From the IMG/VR virus record IMGVR_UViG_3300014202_000270: 58,276 bases of DNA; one strand, written 5' to 3'. Positions 1 to 9,600 of the stretch are shown piece after piece. A program made the position numbers and the translations under genes. The stretch's first letter is position 1. The number at the start of each line of letters is the position of its first letter. Below the pieces are notes generated by a model. That model searched no databases and had not been told where the DNA came from. It saw only the letters and a list, made by a program, of their open reading frames with translations. Source of the DNA: a virus.

Positions 1-1266
1 AACATTGGTGTAGTTGGCGGAATAAATGGTGAGGTTTATTATACATCAAATGCCGGTGCAAACTGGAGTGTTTTACCAGGATCAATAGGTGTAATAAATG
101 ATCCTGTTGTAGGTATACACATTAGCCAGGATCAACAAACAATTATTGCAGTTACCGCACTTAAGATTTGGCGCAGCACAGACGCTGGCGCTACTTTTAG
201 TGCAGTATATACATGCGGTGGACTTGTATCTAACAGTCTTTTACATCTTACTTGGATTAATGATACTACTCTGTGGGCTACAGGAACAGCATCTTTAAGA
301 CTAAAAACAATTGATGCTGGAGCAACATGGATTACACAAAATACACCAGTAGCTTTTGGTGAATGGCATTATGGTGCTCACATGTATACTGCTGATGATG
401 GATATGTAACAGGAACCGGTGCTGGTATAGGGGGACCTGTGTATTCTACAGCAGATTCAATGGTGTCATTAACACAGTCTGATAATTCTTATTACTTACC
501 AAGAGCAGTATGGACAGAAGAAACTCCTCCTGTTACATGTACAGTTTTAGAATCTTGCGCAGATGGCTCACAAATCAGTATTAGCCAAGATTTAACAGTC
601 TTTATTGGTACAACAATTTATGTCTCTCAACCTGAGAGTATAAAAGGTTGCTACACAATTGTTGATGGTTCTTGTGGACCAGTTATTATTACACCTTCAC
701 CATTTACATTTAATGTAATTCAAGATTGTGATGCTTGTAGAATACCATGTTTTGTTTTAACAAACTGTGAGGATCCTACAGACATAATCTATTCTAATGA
801 AGATCTAACCAATGATATTGGTAGTGTAATTCAGATACAAGGTTCGCCAAAATGCTGGACAGTATCTGCAGGTAGTGAAGACGGGTGTGATTGTATTGAG
901 AAAACTGTAAAAACGGCGTCCTTTAGTCGCTGCGATTTATGTTTACCTAAACCGGTAAAGAAAACTAAGTTTTATGTTGAACCCGGATATACACCCAAAG
1001 CATGTACAGAGGAGAAAGAGATTCTTGTAAACTGTGCATTTGTTGAAGCATATTATTCAGACATGTTATCCAAGAGATATGGGATAACTGTATGTTGTGA
1101 GTATGATTTGCTTGAAACATATCTGGAAAGAGAAAAACTTCTAATGCTTCAACTAACCGGTCCTCAAAATTGTACTAGCGTAAGCAGTCAGTGTGGTTGT
1201 ACATCTAATTGTACATCTGACTGTACATCTGGTTGTACAGGTTGCTCAGGTTGTTCAAGTTGCTAA
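1..1266 (+). CDS. 5'-truncated virion/tail protein: Asp-box (BNR) beta-propeller repeats followed by Cys-rich region
   Basis: Frame 1 is open from base 1 into the tracked ORF 382..1266; my translation of 1-381 gives Asp-box repeats YTSNAGANW, RSTDAGATF, KTIDAGATW; the C-terminus is a Cys-rich tail CGCTSNCTSDCTSGCTGCSGCSSC. Confidence 0.75.
   Translation, partial: NIGVVGGINGEVYYTSNAGANWSVLPGSIGVINDPVVGIHISQDQQTIIAVTALKIWRSTDAGATFSAVYTCGGLVSNSLLHLTWINDTTLWATGTASLRLKTIDAGATWITQNTPVAFGEWHYGAHMYTADDGYVTGTGAGIGGPVYSTADSMVSLTQSDNSYYLPRAVWTEETPPVTCTVLESCADGSQISISQDLTVFIGTTIYVSQPESIKGCYTIVDGSCGPVIITPSPFTFNVIQDCDACRIPCFVLTNCEDPTDIIYSNEDLTNDIGSVIQIQGSPKCWTVSAGSEDGCDCIEKTVKTASFSRCDLCLPKPVKKTKFYVEPGYTPKACTEEKEILVNCAFVEAYYSDMLSKRYGITVCCEYDLLETYLEREKLLMLQLTGPQNCTSVSSQCGCTSNCTSDCTSGCTGCSGCSSC
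1192..1263 (+). repeat. Coding tandem repeat TGTACATCTNNN (CTSx) and CxxC units
   Basis: tgtacatctaat tgtacatctgac tgtacatctggt tgtacaggt tgctcaggt tgttcaagt tgc read directly. Confidence 0.85.
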
Positions 1267-1281
1267 ATAACCCAAAAAATT

Positions 1282-1289
1282 GTATATTA
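1282..1289 (+). promoter_or_regulatory. GTATATTA candidate phage late promoter element
   Basis: Same octamer lies 5-6 nt before the ATGs at 1296, 4345 and 45135. Confidence 0.45.
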
Positions 1290-1295
1290 AATAAC

Positions 1296-2792
1296 ATGGT
1301 ACCAGTAAATAAAAATAAGAATGGCGGATGCACACCAGTTTCATCAAACTGTGTGATATGGCAGGGCCCAGATATTCCATGCATTAATCTATGCAGTGGA
1401 GATACTATTACTGATGTAGTTTATAAGTTAGCTACAGAATTGTGCAAACTTATTGACATGTTTGATCTTCAGCATTATGATCTTACATGTTTAAATCTAG
1501 GTTGTCCTACGCCAGAAAACTTCAAGGATCTTATCAATATTCTGATCCAAAAAATTTGTGAATTACAGGGAAATTCTGTCCCTGGTATTGCTAGCACTGG
1601 TGGTGGTTGTCCAGATAACTGTGTTGTACCAATTGCTGAATGCTTCTATTACACGAATAACCTTGGAGATCAAGTTCGCTTTTTGTCACTAACAGATTAC
1701 GTAAATCTCATTGGTAACAGGTTGTGTGATATTGTAAGTGATATTACCCAGATACAGTTAGCAATATCTCAGTTAAATATTAGGGTTACAGCATTAGAAA
1801 ATGCACCGGCGCCCACATTTACACTACCAAGCTTTACTCCTGATTGTGTAATTACACCACCAGTACCTACAACAATTGACATTATTTTAGAAGCTCTTGA
1901 AACTCAGTTTTGTCAATTAAGAACTTCTACTGGTTTACCATCTGATATTTTTTCAGCAATTGCTAATCAGTGTCCTAATCTAAACAATAGCCCAGCACTT
2001 TCACCAGGTTTAGGTAATATGTCATCTCTTCCTGGATGGGTTAATACTGTAACAAACTTATCTGACTCTGTGACAAACATGTGGTTAACCATATGTGATT
2101 TGCGTGCTGCAGTACAGAATATTAAAGTAAACTGTTGTCCAGATGGTTGTGAAGATCTACAAATTGTTCTTCAAGCTCTGGTTGTAAGTGGAGAACTTCG
2201 CTTATACTTTACCGGCACCATTCCTGCAGGTTTTGTTGAGTGCTCTGGTTCAACCACATTTACAATTTTGGACACAGCAGGAAATCTCTACAATGCCGTT
2301 GTTAGTATTCCTTCGCTTATCAATAGTACTTACTATGGAGTATCAATAGCTAGTACACCGTTGAATCCTTTGTTGGATTTTACGATTAGTGCTACGCCGT
2401 GTTTTAATAACACATCTATTGGTCAAACTTGTTTCCAAGTGCTCAATGATACGGTGAATAATACGATTCCTTGTCCTGTTGTAACACTTACTCCTACAGC
2501 CAGTACTATTGCATGGAGCTTTAACCATCCCGGTGGTGCAGCTACATACAATGTTGAGTTGTGGGATGGTGGTTCACCAGGCTCTTTGATTACTACATAT
2601 GTACAAGTTGCTGGAGCTTCTCCTGCTGCTTATAGTGGTACATTTAGTGGATTGACTAGTTCTACCACATATCGCGTGCGTCTGCGCATAGTTGTTGGTT
2701 CTGAGGAACAAGAATGTTCTTATAACATAACCAGTACTTTGTCAGATCTTTGTGAAGCTCCAGATTCAGTAATAGCTAACTTAACATACTAA
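1296..2792 (+). CDS. Cys-rich virion/tail-associated protein with coiled segment and C-terminal fibronectin type III-like domain
   Basis: ATG at 1296 preferred to the overlapping TTG at 1233; N-terminal CVIWQGPDIPC motif; heptad ITQIQLAISQLNIRVTALE; FN3-like AWS...YNVELW...FSGLTSSTTYRVRLR. Confidence 0.7.
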   Translation: MVPVNKNKNGGCTPVSSNCVIWQGPDIPCINLCSGDTITDVVYKLATELCKLIDMFDLQHYDLTCLNLGCPTPENFKDLINILIQKICELQGNSVPGIASTGGGCPDNCVVPIAECFYYTNNLGDQVRFLSLTDYVNLIGNRLCDIVSDITQIQLAISQLNIRVTALENAPAPTFTLPSFTPDCVITPPVPTTIDIILEALETQFCQLRTSTGLPSDIFSAIANQCPNLNNSPALSPGLGNMSSLPGWVNTVTNLSDSVTNMWLTICDLRAAVQNIKVNCCPDGCEDLQIVLQALVVSGELRLYFTGTIPAGFVECSGSTTFTILDTAGNLYNAVVSIPSLINSTYYGVSIASTPLNPLLDFTISATPCFNNTSIGQTCFQVLNDTVNNTIPCPVVTLTPTASTIAWSFNHPGGAATYNVELWDGGSPGSLITTYVQVAGASPAAYSGTFSGLTSSTTYRVRLRIVVGSEEQECSYNITSTLSDLCEAPDSVIANLTY

Positions 2793-2793
2793 A

Positions 2794-3336
2794 ATGAGCA
2801 CCTGCAACAATTGTAACTGCAGCAAGACTAAATGTACTTGTGATTCTTACATGACAACCCCACCTGCTTGTCCAGGAGGTGTGGGTTGTCCTACTCCTGA
2901 GATTTGTTCAGAGTTTTATAATATGTGTTGTGTCGTTTATAACGGGCCCACTATTGTAGATCTTGACCCATTTATTATTGAAACAGGAGACACACTATGT
3001 AACATTATGGAAAAATACATACTTAATCAAATTGACGGTTGTATTGATCCTACAGGACCATGTCTTTCTACTACAGGTTTGTCAGTAGGTAATGTAACAT
3101 CCAGTTCTATTACTGTAAACTGGACAAGTAATCCTACTGCTACAAGTTATCAACTATTGGTGGCAACTAGTTTATCAGGGCCTTTTACACAACCTAACCC
3201 TACAACTACCTTACTAACAGATACGCTAATTGGCCTAACTCCAAATACAGAATATTACATTCGTGTAATTAATACTTGTGATGTGGAACAAGCTTGTCTT
3301 TCAGTAACTATTAAAGTAAGAACTTTAAACTCATAA
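2794..3336 (+). CDS. Cys-rich virion protein with FN3 domain, partial paralogue of upstream gene
   Basis: CVVYNGP...GDTL resembles CVIWQGP...GDTI of the upstream ORF; FN3 signature VTSSSITVNW...SYQL...LIGLTPNTEYYIRV. Confidence 0.75.
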   Translation: MSTCNNCNCSKTKCTCDSYMTTPPACPGGVGCPTPEICSEFYNMCCVVYNGPTIVDLDPFIIETGDTLCNIMEKYILNQIDGCIDPTGPCLSTTGLSVGNVTSSSITVNWTSNPTATSYQLLVATSLSGPFTQPNPTTTLLTDTLIGLTPNTEYYIRVINTCDVEQACLSVTIKVRTLNS

Positions 3337-3339
3337 TTC

Positions 3340-4230
3340 ATGGCACCAATACCAGCAACAATTACGGTAACCTTTAATTCTAACTACGCGGGAAATCATC
3401 GCGTATGTTGGAGGACTAGTCCATCTTCACCTTATGATTGTACAACTGTTGTAACATGTACCGGTGGAGGAGCATCTTGTAATGCAAACATCATTACTAC
3501 TGTTGATAACGAGTCATGTGGTCCAGTAACCTTTGAAGGATATGTACAACCAACTTGTGAATCAGAGGTATCATTAAACAAACGTGTACCTTTTTCAGTA
3601 ACATTTACTCCTGTTCCTACATGTGATGGTTACAACATTGAGTGTCAGTATACAGTAATGACATTTACTGTAACTAATGCTGGTAGTAACTATGATCCAT
3701 TAAACCCGCCTACAGTAACAATTACTGGTGGAGGTGGCTTAGGTGCTACGGCTAATGCTGTAGTAGGTGGTGGAAATACTATTGCTGCTGTAAACTTAGT
3801 AGCACCAGGAACTGGTTATACTAGTACACCTAGCGTAGTTATTGATCCTCCTCCTGTGCCAGGCATAACTGCTACTGCTGATGCAATACTTACACCTTGT
3901 AACGTATTCAACATTACGGATTGCGATAATTCAGTAGAAGCATTCCCTTCTATACCTGTTAATGAAACTGTTGCTGTTTGCTCAGTAAATGACTTAACTA
4001 TTATTTCTGTACCGAGTGGTATTGTTATTACTCCTGGTGGTTGTTGCTATGATTGTCGCAACATTACCTTTACTGCCGGCGGTGGTGGTGCAAATGCTTA
4101 CTACGTAGATTGCAGCGGAGAATTTATAGGTCCTGTAGCCATTGCTCCATTAGCTACACTATCTGTATGTGCAAGTAACAATTCTTGGTATATCACTAGT
4201 GGTATTGTAACCGTTGGTGATCCTTGCTAA
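3340..4230 (+). CDS. Cys-rich virion structural protein with GxxY-PxVxI Gly-rich beta repeats
   Basis: VTNAGSNY..PPTVTITGGGGLGATANA..VAPGTGYTSTPSVVI, a repeat type seen in phage tail/baseplate proteins; position in tail module. Confidence 0.6.
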   Translation: MAPIPATITVTFNSNYAGNHRVCWRTSPSSPYDCTTVVTCTGGGASCNANIITTVDNESCGPVTFEGYVQPTCESEVSLNKRVPFSVTFTPVPTCDGYNIECQYTVMTFTVTNAGSNYDPLNPPTVTITGGGGLGATANAVVGGGNTIAAVNLVAPGTGYTSTPSVVIDPPPVPGITATADAILTPCNVFNITDCDNSVEAFPSIPVNETVAVCSVNDLTIISVPSGIVITPGGCCYDCRNITFTAGGGGANAYYVDCSGEFIGPVAIAPLATLSVCASNNSWYITSGIVTVGDPC

Positions 4231-4269
4231 AAAACATATGTCTCAGTTTGTTGGTTATCTGTGACAACG

Positions 4270-4301
4270 AAGCGGCCCCCTTTAATGGGGGCTTGCTTTT
4301 T
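4270..4301 (+). terminator. Rho-independent terminator
   Basis: AAGCGGCCCCC-TTTAAT-GGGGGCTTGCTT stem-loop followed by T run, 40 nt after the stop at 4230. Confidence 0.85.
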
Positions 4302-4304
4302 GTA

Positions 4305-4312
4305 TATATTTG
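4305..4312 (+). promoter_or_regulatory. Bacteroidota-type -7 promoter element TAnnTTTG
   Basis: TATATTTG in the intergenic gap upstream of the IHF-like gene; matches the established Bacteroidota sigma-A -7 consensus. Confidence 0.4.
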
Positions 4313-4331
4313 TAAAGAAGCCATATAATTA

Positions 4332-4339
4332 GTATATTA
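4332..4339 (+). promoter_or_regulatory. GTATATTA candidate phage late promoter element
   Basis: Second copy, 5 nt before ATG 4345. Confidence 0.5.
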
Positions 4340-4344
4340 TAAGT

Positions 4345-4929
4345 ATGAATAAAGCGTTTAAAAAGCCTAACTTAAATCTTCCCAGATTCGCTCAAAAACA
4401 AATTAGCTTGATTGATGCTGATTTTTTAAAAAGATTCGCAGAAAAGAATCCTGACATGCCTCTGTTATCAATAAGAGAATTTAAAAAAGTAATCAGGGTG
4501 TTTAACATGGAGATAACTGAAAGGGTTATTGAAAACAGAGATGGTGTAGAGTTACCCCAAAAAATGGGATACATATTTATTGGTAGTTGCCAAAGACCTA
4601 AAAAAGAGAACATAGATTTTGGTAAATCAATTAAATATGGAATAAAGGTTATTCATAGTAATATTGGATCTGATAGTTATTTAGGTAAGATCTTCTACAG
4701 CAATTATGCTAACCGTTACACCTTTCCTAACAGAGAGTTGTGGCAATTTAAAGCAGCTCGTTTATTTTCAAGAACTGTTGCTAAAACCTTTCCTGATTAT
4801 TGGCAGACATATATTGTGGTAGACAGTAAAAAGAAGATCTCTAAACTAATTGAGGATCAAGGTAAAAAACGCCGGAGCAAGTTCTTAATTGAAAAGTCTC
4901 TGGTTAACTATAATGAATTTGATATATGA
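4345..4929 (+). CDS. IHF/HU-like DNA-binding protein of crAss-like phages
   Basis: Basic 194-aa protein with HU-fold pattern (FKKVIRVFNMEITERV..GVELPQKMGYIFI...WQFKAARLFSR) just upstream of tail ring genes, the conserved crAss-like gene order. Confidence 0.65.
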   Translation: MNKAFKKPNLNLPRFAQKQISLIDADFLKRFAEKNPDMPLLSIREFKKVIRVFNMEITERVIENRDGVELPQKMGYIFIGSCQRPKKENIDFGKSIKYGIKVIHSNIGSDSYLGKIFYSNYANRYTFPNRELWQFKAARLFSRTVAKTFPDYWQTYIVVDSKKKISKLIEDQGKKRRSKFLIEKSLVNYNEFDI

Positions 4930-5597
4930 ATACTATAGGTGATGCTGTATCAAGATTACGGAGTATAATGAAAGCTGTCAATGAAGACAGCTTTATTACT
5001 GATCGTATGTTGTATACAGTAATATTGAAATATGCTAAACTCTTGATAAAGAGAGATGATGACCGCGGTAAGATTATTCGCATGTCATCTATCTATAGCG
5101 TGCTACCTTGTGTAGAGCTCATTGAGGTTGACAAGATAGAAGCCTGTTGCTCTGGGATCAAAACAAACTGTACCATTATGCGTACTAAAGACAAACTCCC
5201 AAAGATCTTAGATGCTACTTACGGTCCCATGTTCAGATCAATTACATCTATTGATGGGTCTCAATCTATAACGATTACTGATCCCGGTACATATACATCC
5301 ATGACTAAGACTAGTACTTTCAAGTACAACAAGAATGTCTATTGCTGGATTATAAATGATTACATTTATATACCTAATCAAACCTGGGAAGCTATTAAGG
5401 TAGAAGCCATCTTTGAGGGTAATATTGGAGCTTTTCAATGTGACTCTGAAGAACAGTGTATACCACGCCAAGAACAAAACTTTAATGTACCAGATTACTT
5501 GTTTGCTGAGATAGAGCAGTTTGCTTTAAAAGAACTTACTGCCGGCGCCAGTATTCCAAGTGATGGTCAAGATGATAAACAGAATATTCTACGGTAA
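4926..5597 (+). CDS. Tail tubular/ring protein (crAss-like Ttub, P22 gp4-like)
   Basis: 223 aa, ATGA overlap with upstream gene; position between IHF-like and stabilisation genes; WIINDYIYI..IKVEAIFE..FNVPDYL and terminal DGQDD motifs. Confidence 0.65.
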   Translation: MNTIGDAVSRLRSIMKAVNEDSFITDRMLYTVILKYAKLLIKRDDDRGKIIRMSSIYSVLPCVELIEVDKIEACCSGIKTNCTIMRTKDKLPKILDATYGPMFRSITSIDGSQSITITDPGTYTSMTKTSTFKYNKNVYCWIINDYIYIPNQTWEAIKVEAIFEGNIGAFQCDSEEQCIPRQEQNFNVPDYLFAEIEQFALKELTAGASIPSDGQDDKQNILR

Positions 5598-6646
5598 TGG
5601 CTACGTATAACTATACAATTAAATATAAAACCTTTGACAGTTTGTTAGAGGATGTCAACGTTGATTTCAGGCAATATGCTTTGGATAACATGATTGATCC
5701 ACAAACTTTGATCAAGGTTGCAAAACGTGTTACCTATGATTTAGGTCTCAGGATTTACATGACTAAAGAAACTGTACTAGAAGTTCGTAATCATAAGGTT
5801 CAACTTCCAGAAGATTTCTTTAGCGTAAATTATGCATTGATTTGTGCAGATCTTACAACAAAAGAGTTTGTTCCACAAGGTACTCATATTGAAGAAGTTA
5901 AGGTTGTTCCTACTTATACAGAAACACCTGGAACAATTAATCAGTGTGCAGAGCCTACAGTAAACTGTGCAGATTGTGGTTGCACGCCCTGTGGTTGTAC
6001 ACCGGCTATGTGCATGCCCGGGGATAATGGTACTGTATATACACAAACTAATGTGTATGATCCTAATAATCCATATGGTAATGTATGCGTGCGCCCGCGA
6101 ACTTTTGTGAATCAAAAGGGAGAGCAGTATGAGATTGTACAGATTCTAAAATCACAAACTCGTCATTATCGTAGTGTGCACCCATTAAGATTGCGGGAAT
6201 CACAAGATGTAGAATGTGGTTGCCCAAACTTATATTGGAAATCACCACATGAGGGTTGGATCAAAGATGGCTTTCTATATGTCAATTTTGAGCATGGTAA
6301 TGTGTACCTAAACTACCAAGGTTCTTTAGAAGACGAAGATGGTAATTTACTGGTGCCGGATCATGAGTATCTCAATGAGTATTATGAGTACGCGCTGAAA
6401 CAACGCATACTCGAGAATCTCCTTATGAACGGCGAAGACGTGACTGCCAAGATGCAGTTAATAGAAGCCAGATATAGAGCTGCTCGTAATACAGCATTAA
6501 GTTTTATCAACATGCCTAATTTTGCTGAGATGAAACAACTATGGGAAACTAACCGGCGAGCAATGTACGGCAAATACTATGACATGTTTAAGAGCTATCC
6601 CTGGAATGAGATAGCTTATCCTTATAGAAGATCATATATACTGTAA
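5597..6646 (+). CDS. Second tail ring protein (crAss-like) with Cys-rich insertion
   Basis: TAATG coupling; VQLPEDF, IKDGFLYVNFEHGNVYLNYQG..DEDGNLLVPD..YYEYAL motifs typical of crAss-like ring proteins. Confidence 0.65.
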   Translation: MATYNYTIKYKTFDSLLEDVNVDFRQYALDNMIDPQTLIKVAKRVTYDLGLRIYMTKETVLEVRNHKVQLPEDFFSVNYALICADLTTKEFVPQGTHIEEVKVVPTYTETPGTINQCAEPTVNCADCGCTPCGCTPAMCMPGDNGTVYTQTNVYDPNNPYGNVCVRPRTFVNQKGEQYEIVQILKSQTRHYRSVHPLRLRESQDVECGCPNLYWKSPHEGWIKDGFLYVNFEHGNVYLNYQGSLEDEDGNLLVPDHEYLNEYYEYALKQRILENLLMNGEDVTAKMQLIEARYRAARNTALSFINMPNFAEMKQLWETNRRAMYGKYYDMFKSYPWNEIAYPYRRSYIL

Positions 6647-9600
6647 TGGCAAAGAAAGGTTCATCAGAAAATGTTAGCAGCACAGTTGTAACAAGACCTT
6701 TTACAAAAGGTATGAATAAGGATGTGGATACCACATTCTTACCTGAAGGTTTTTGGACACATGCTAGAAATTTACAAAACAACACTATTACAGGTGATGT
6801 TGGTACAGTATCAAATGAACCTGCTAATTTTTTGTGTAGTGCTGCACCATATCCCATTATAGGAACAATACATCTGTTTGGAGATAAGTGGATTATTTAT
6901 TCTACTAATAATACCAACTCAGAAATAGGTCTTTATGATGAGAGTGAGTGTTGTTATTTAAAAATTGTAAATGACAACTGTCTTTCATTTAAGAAAGAGA
7001 ATCTTATTCTTGGTGTATCAAGAGAAAATGCTGATTGTACATGGTCAATTTATTGGGCTGATGGTTTAAACCCAGACAGGGTTATGAACATTGGTAACCC
7101 ACAACTTTGGCCACAAGATTGTATTCAACCTTTGTCATTATGGGATGGTCCACCATGGAAACAAAGATGTACTACAGTTAATGGTTGTATAACGTGTGTT
7201 GATTTACCACAGCTTGATTGTGATAAATTACGTTTAGCATCATTAATGAAAACACCTTGTTTAAAGGTGCGTCAAGGCCCCGGTGGTGGTAATCTTCAAG
7301 CAGGTTCATATTATGCAGTAGTAGCATATTGTATTAATGGACAAACTGTAACAAACTACTTTTCGCCTAGTAACGTTCAAGTTTTATTTGATAGAGATGC
7401 TGAGTTTGCAGGATCTTTAGAAATTGAGGTGGATGCTGATACAGAGAACTTTAGTGAGTTTGAACTTGTAATTGTATCTATAGTTTCTCAACAAACTGTT
7501 GCTAAGAGGATTGGTGTTTACAGCACCCGGCAAAGCATTATATCTCTAGACATTATTGCTACTGAGTTACCATCAGTGCCTCTTGAGAATATACCCTTAA
7601 GAAATCCTGTGTTTGAGAAAAGCGAAGGGATGTTTGATGTAAATAGGTATTTACTCAGAATTAGGCCAACTGGTAAGTTAGACTTCAACTATCAACCTTT
7701 AGCAAACCTAATTGGTGCTAAATGGGTTTCTGTTGAATACCCTGCAGATTATTATCAGAAAGGGGGTTTTAGAACATCTTATTTAAGAGATGAGGTATAT
7801 TCATTTTTTATAAGGTGGATTTATGATACCGGTGATAAAAGTCGTTCTTATCATATACCGGGTCGTGTTGCTAATTTAAATAACAACTATGATCTCTTAA
7901 CAGTATCAAATGCAGATTCTGCACAAAATATTGCTGAGGGTTCTGGTAATGAAATCTGGCAGGTATATAACACAGGGGTTATTACCTCTGCACCAAACAT
8001 ATCAAAACCTGTTGATGACGTACCTTATCAAGGGCAAATCATTGCGGAAGGTGATATGGGATACTGGGAATCAACAGAGATATACCCTGATGATAAACCA
8101 GATATTTGGAATTCAAGTTCTCAACCATGGACCGGGGTGTTTAATATACCTAATAGCAGTTATGATTTGTGTGGTAAAAATATTCGCCATCACAAATTTC
8201 CTGAGACCTATCAATATAACCCTAATGGTTATTCAAATCGCAACGAGCTTGTGCATTTCAGGGTAGATGCAAACGGGAATCAGTTCATTCGCATCATGGG
8301 TGTAAGATTTGAAAACATCGCGCTCCCTAAAGACAACGAAGGCAATGATATAACAAACATAGTAGGGTATGAAATACTAAGAGGAACTCGTCAGGGTAAC
8401 AGATCAATTATTGCTAAAGGTATTATCAACAACATGCGTAAGTATGAGGTAAAAGATAATACTGGTAATCTTATTGAAACAGTACTATATCAAAACTACC
8501 CATTCAATGATCTTAAAGCAGATCCATTCTTAGTTATAAGCCCCGCACCACCTGCAGAACAGTTTACTTATGACTATTTAAGTTTTCATTCACCTGATAC
8601 AAACTTTAATAGACCATATCTAAGTACTAAACAATTAAAGATCTACAGTAACATTTATGGTAAATCTTTACATTATTTCCAGGAGCCTGAAGATCACCCA
8701 CAGTTCAAATTAATAAAAAACATTTTTGTTGTATTTGCTTTAATGGCTGGCGCCGCTTATGGTATTATTAAGCTTAACGGTAAAAGGCAAAGAAGTTATA
8801 CCTCACCAAGAGGTATTAATATAGCTTTTCCTATTACAGTAAATGGTACAACATCTCCGTTTCCTTTAAGTTTAGCTTATCCATTTGCACCTTTTCCTCC
8901 AGGATCACATGTTACAGCAGCAACAGGTGTACAGGCTACAGCAGGTAGTACTGCTGGTACAACTACTGGAGCAATAGTGCAAGCTGGAGCTCCTGGTGGT
9001 CAATCAGCAACTTCTCAAATAGCACAAACAACTTCTAATACAACTGCATCAGCATTACCAGGTTTTATAACAGGAGAGTATAAAGAAGAATATGAATCTA
9101 CACCATATGATGGTTTTCCATTAGGTTTAGGCGGAGCTTTAAACTTTCTTTACTTCTTTACAGAAGGTGCTGAAACAGCAATGCGTGCTATTTATGCATT
9201 TACACCTTTTGCTCAATATGCACTTCAAGGTATTGCCCACGGTTTTTATTCAAATTCTGCAAGACCTATTATTAACAACATAACTAGAGAAATTGATAGA
9301 AACGCATATGTTAGACCAGGGCTTATAACTTTTGATGAGGATTATAAAATCAATAATATTAAGCGAAACACTTTTGTTGGTATAAAAACCATTATAGATT
9401 TTAATCCATTACTTCCACCATTTACATCAAATGTAGATGACAGTTTAGCTAAACCAGCAAGCTATTCAGATCCAAGACAAGAGTTTGAAAAACCTATCTC
9501 ATCTTGGTATGGTGGTATTAAAGTAAGAATACAAAATCAGTATGGTCAGTTAGATAGTGTTAAACAAATTCCTATTACAGATTGCGAAGAGAAAATTAAT

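Noticed and set aside
382-384. Tracked start of the first ORF
   Set aside because: Frame is open to base 1 with continuing Asp-box repeats, so the gene starts outside the window
1233-1295. Tracked TTG start of the 519-aa ORF
   Set aside because: Overlaps the upstream Cys tail; ATG 1296 has an A-rich leader and the shared GTATATTA motif
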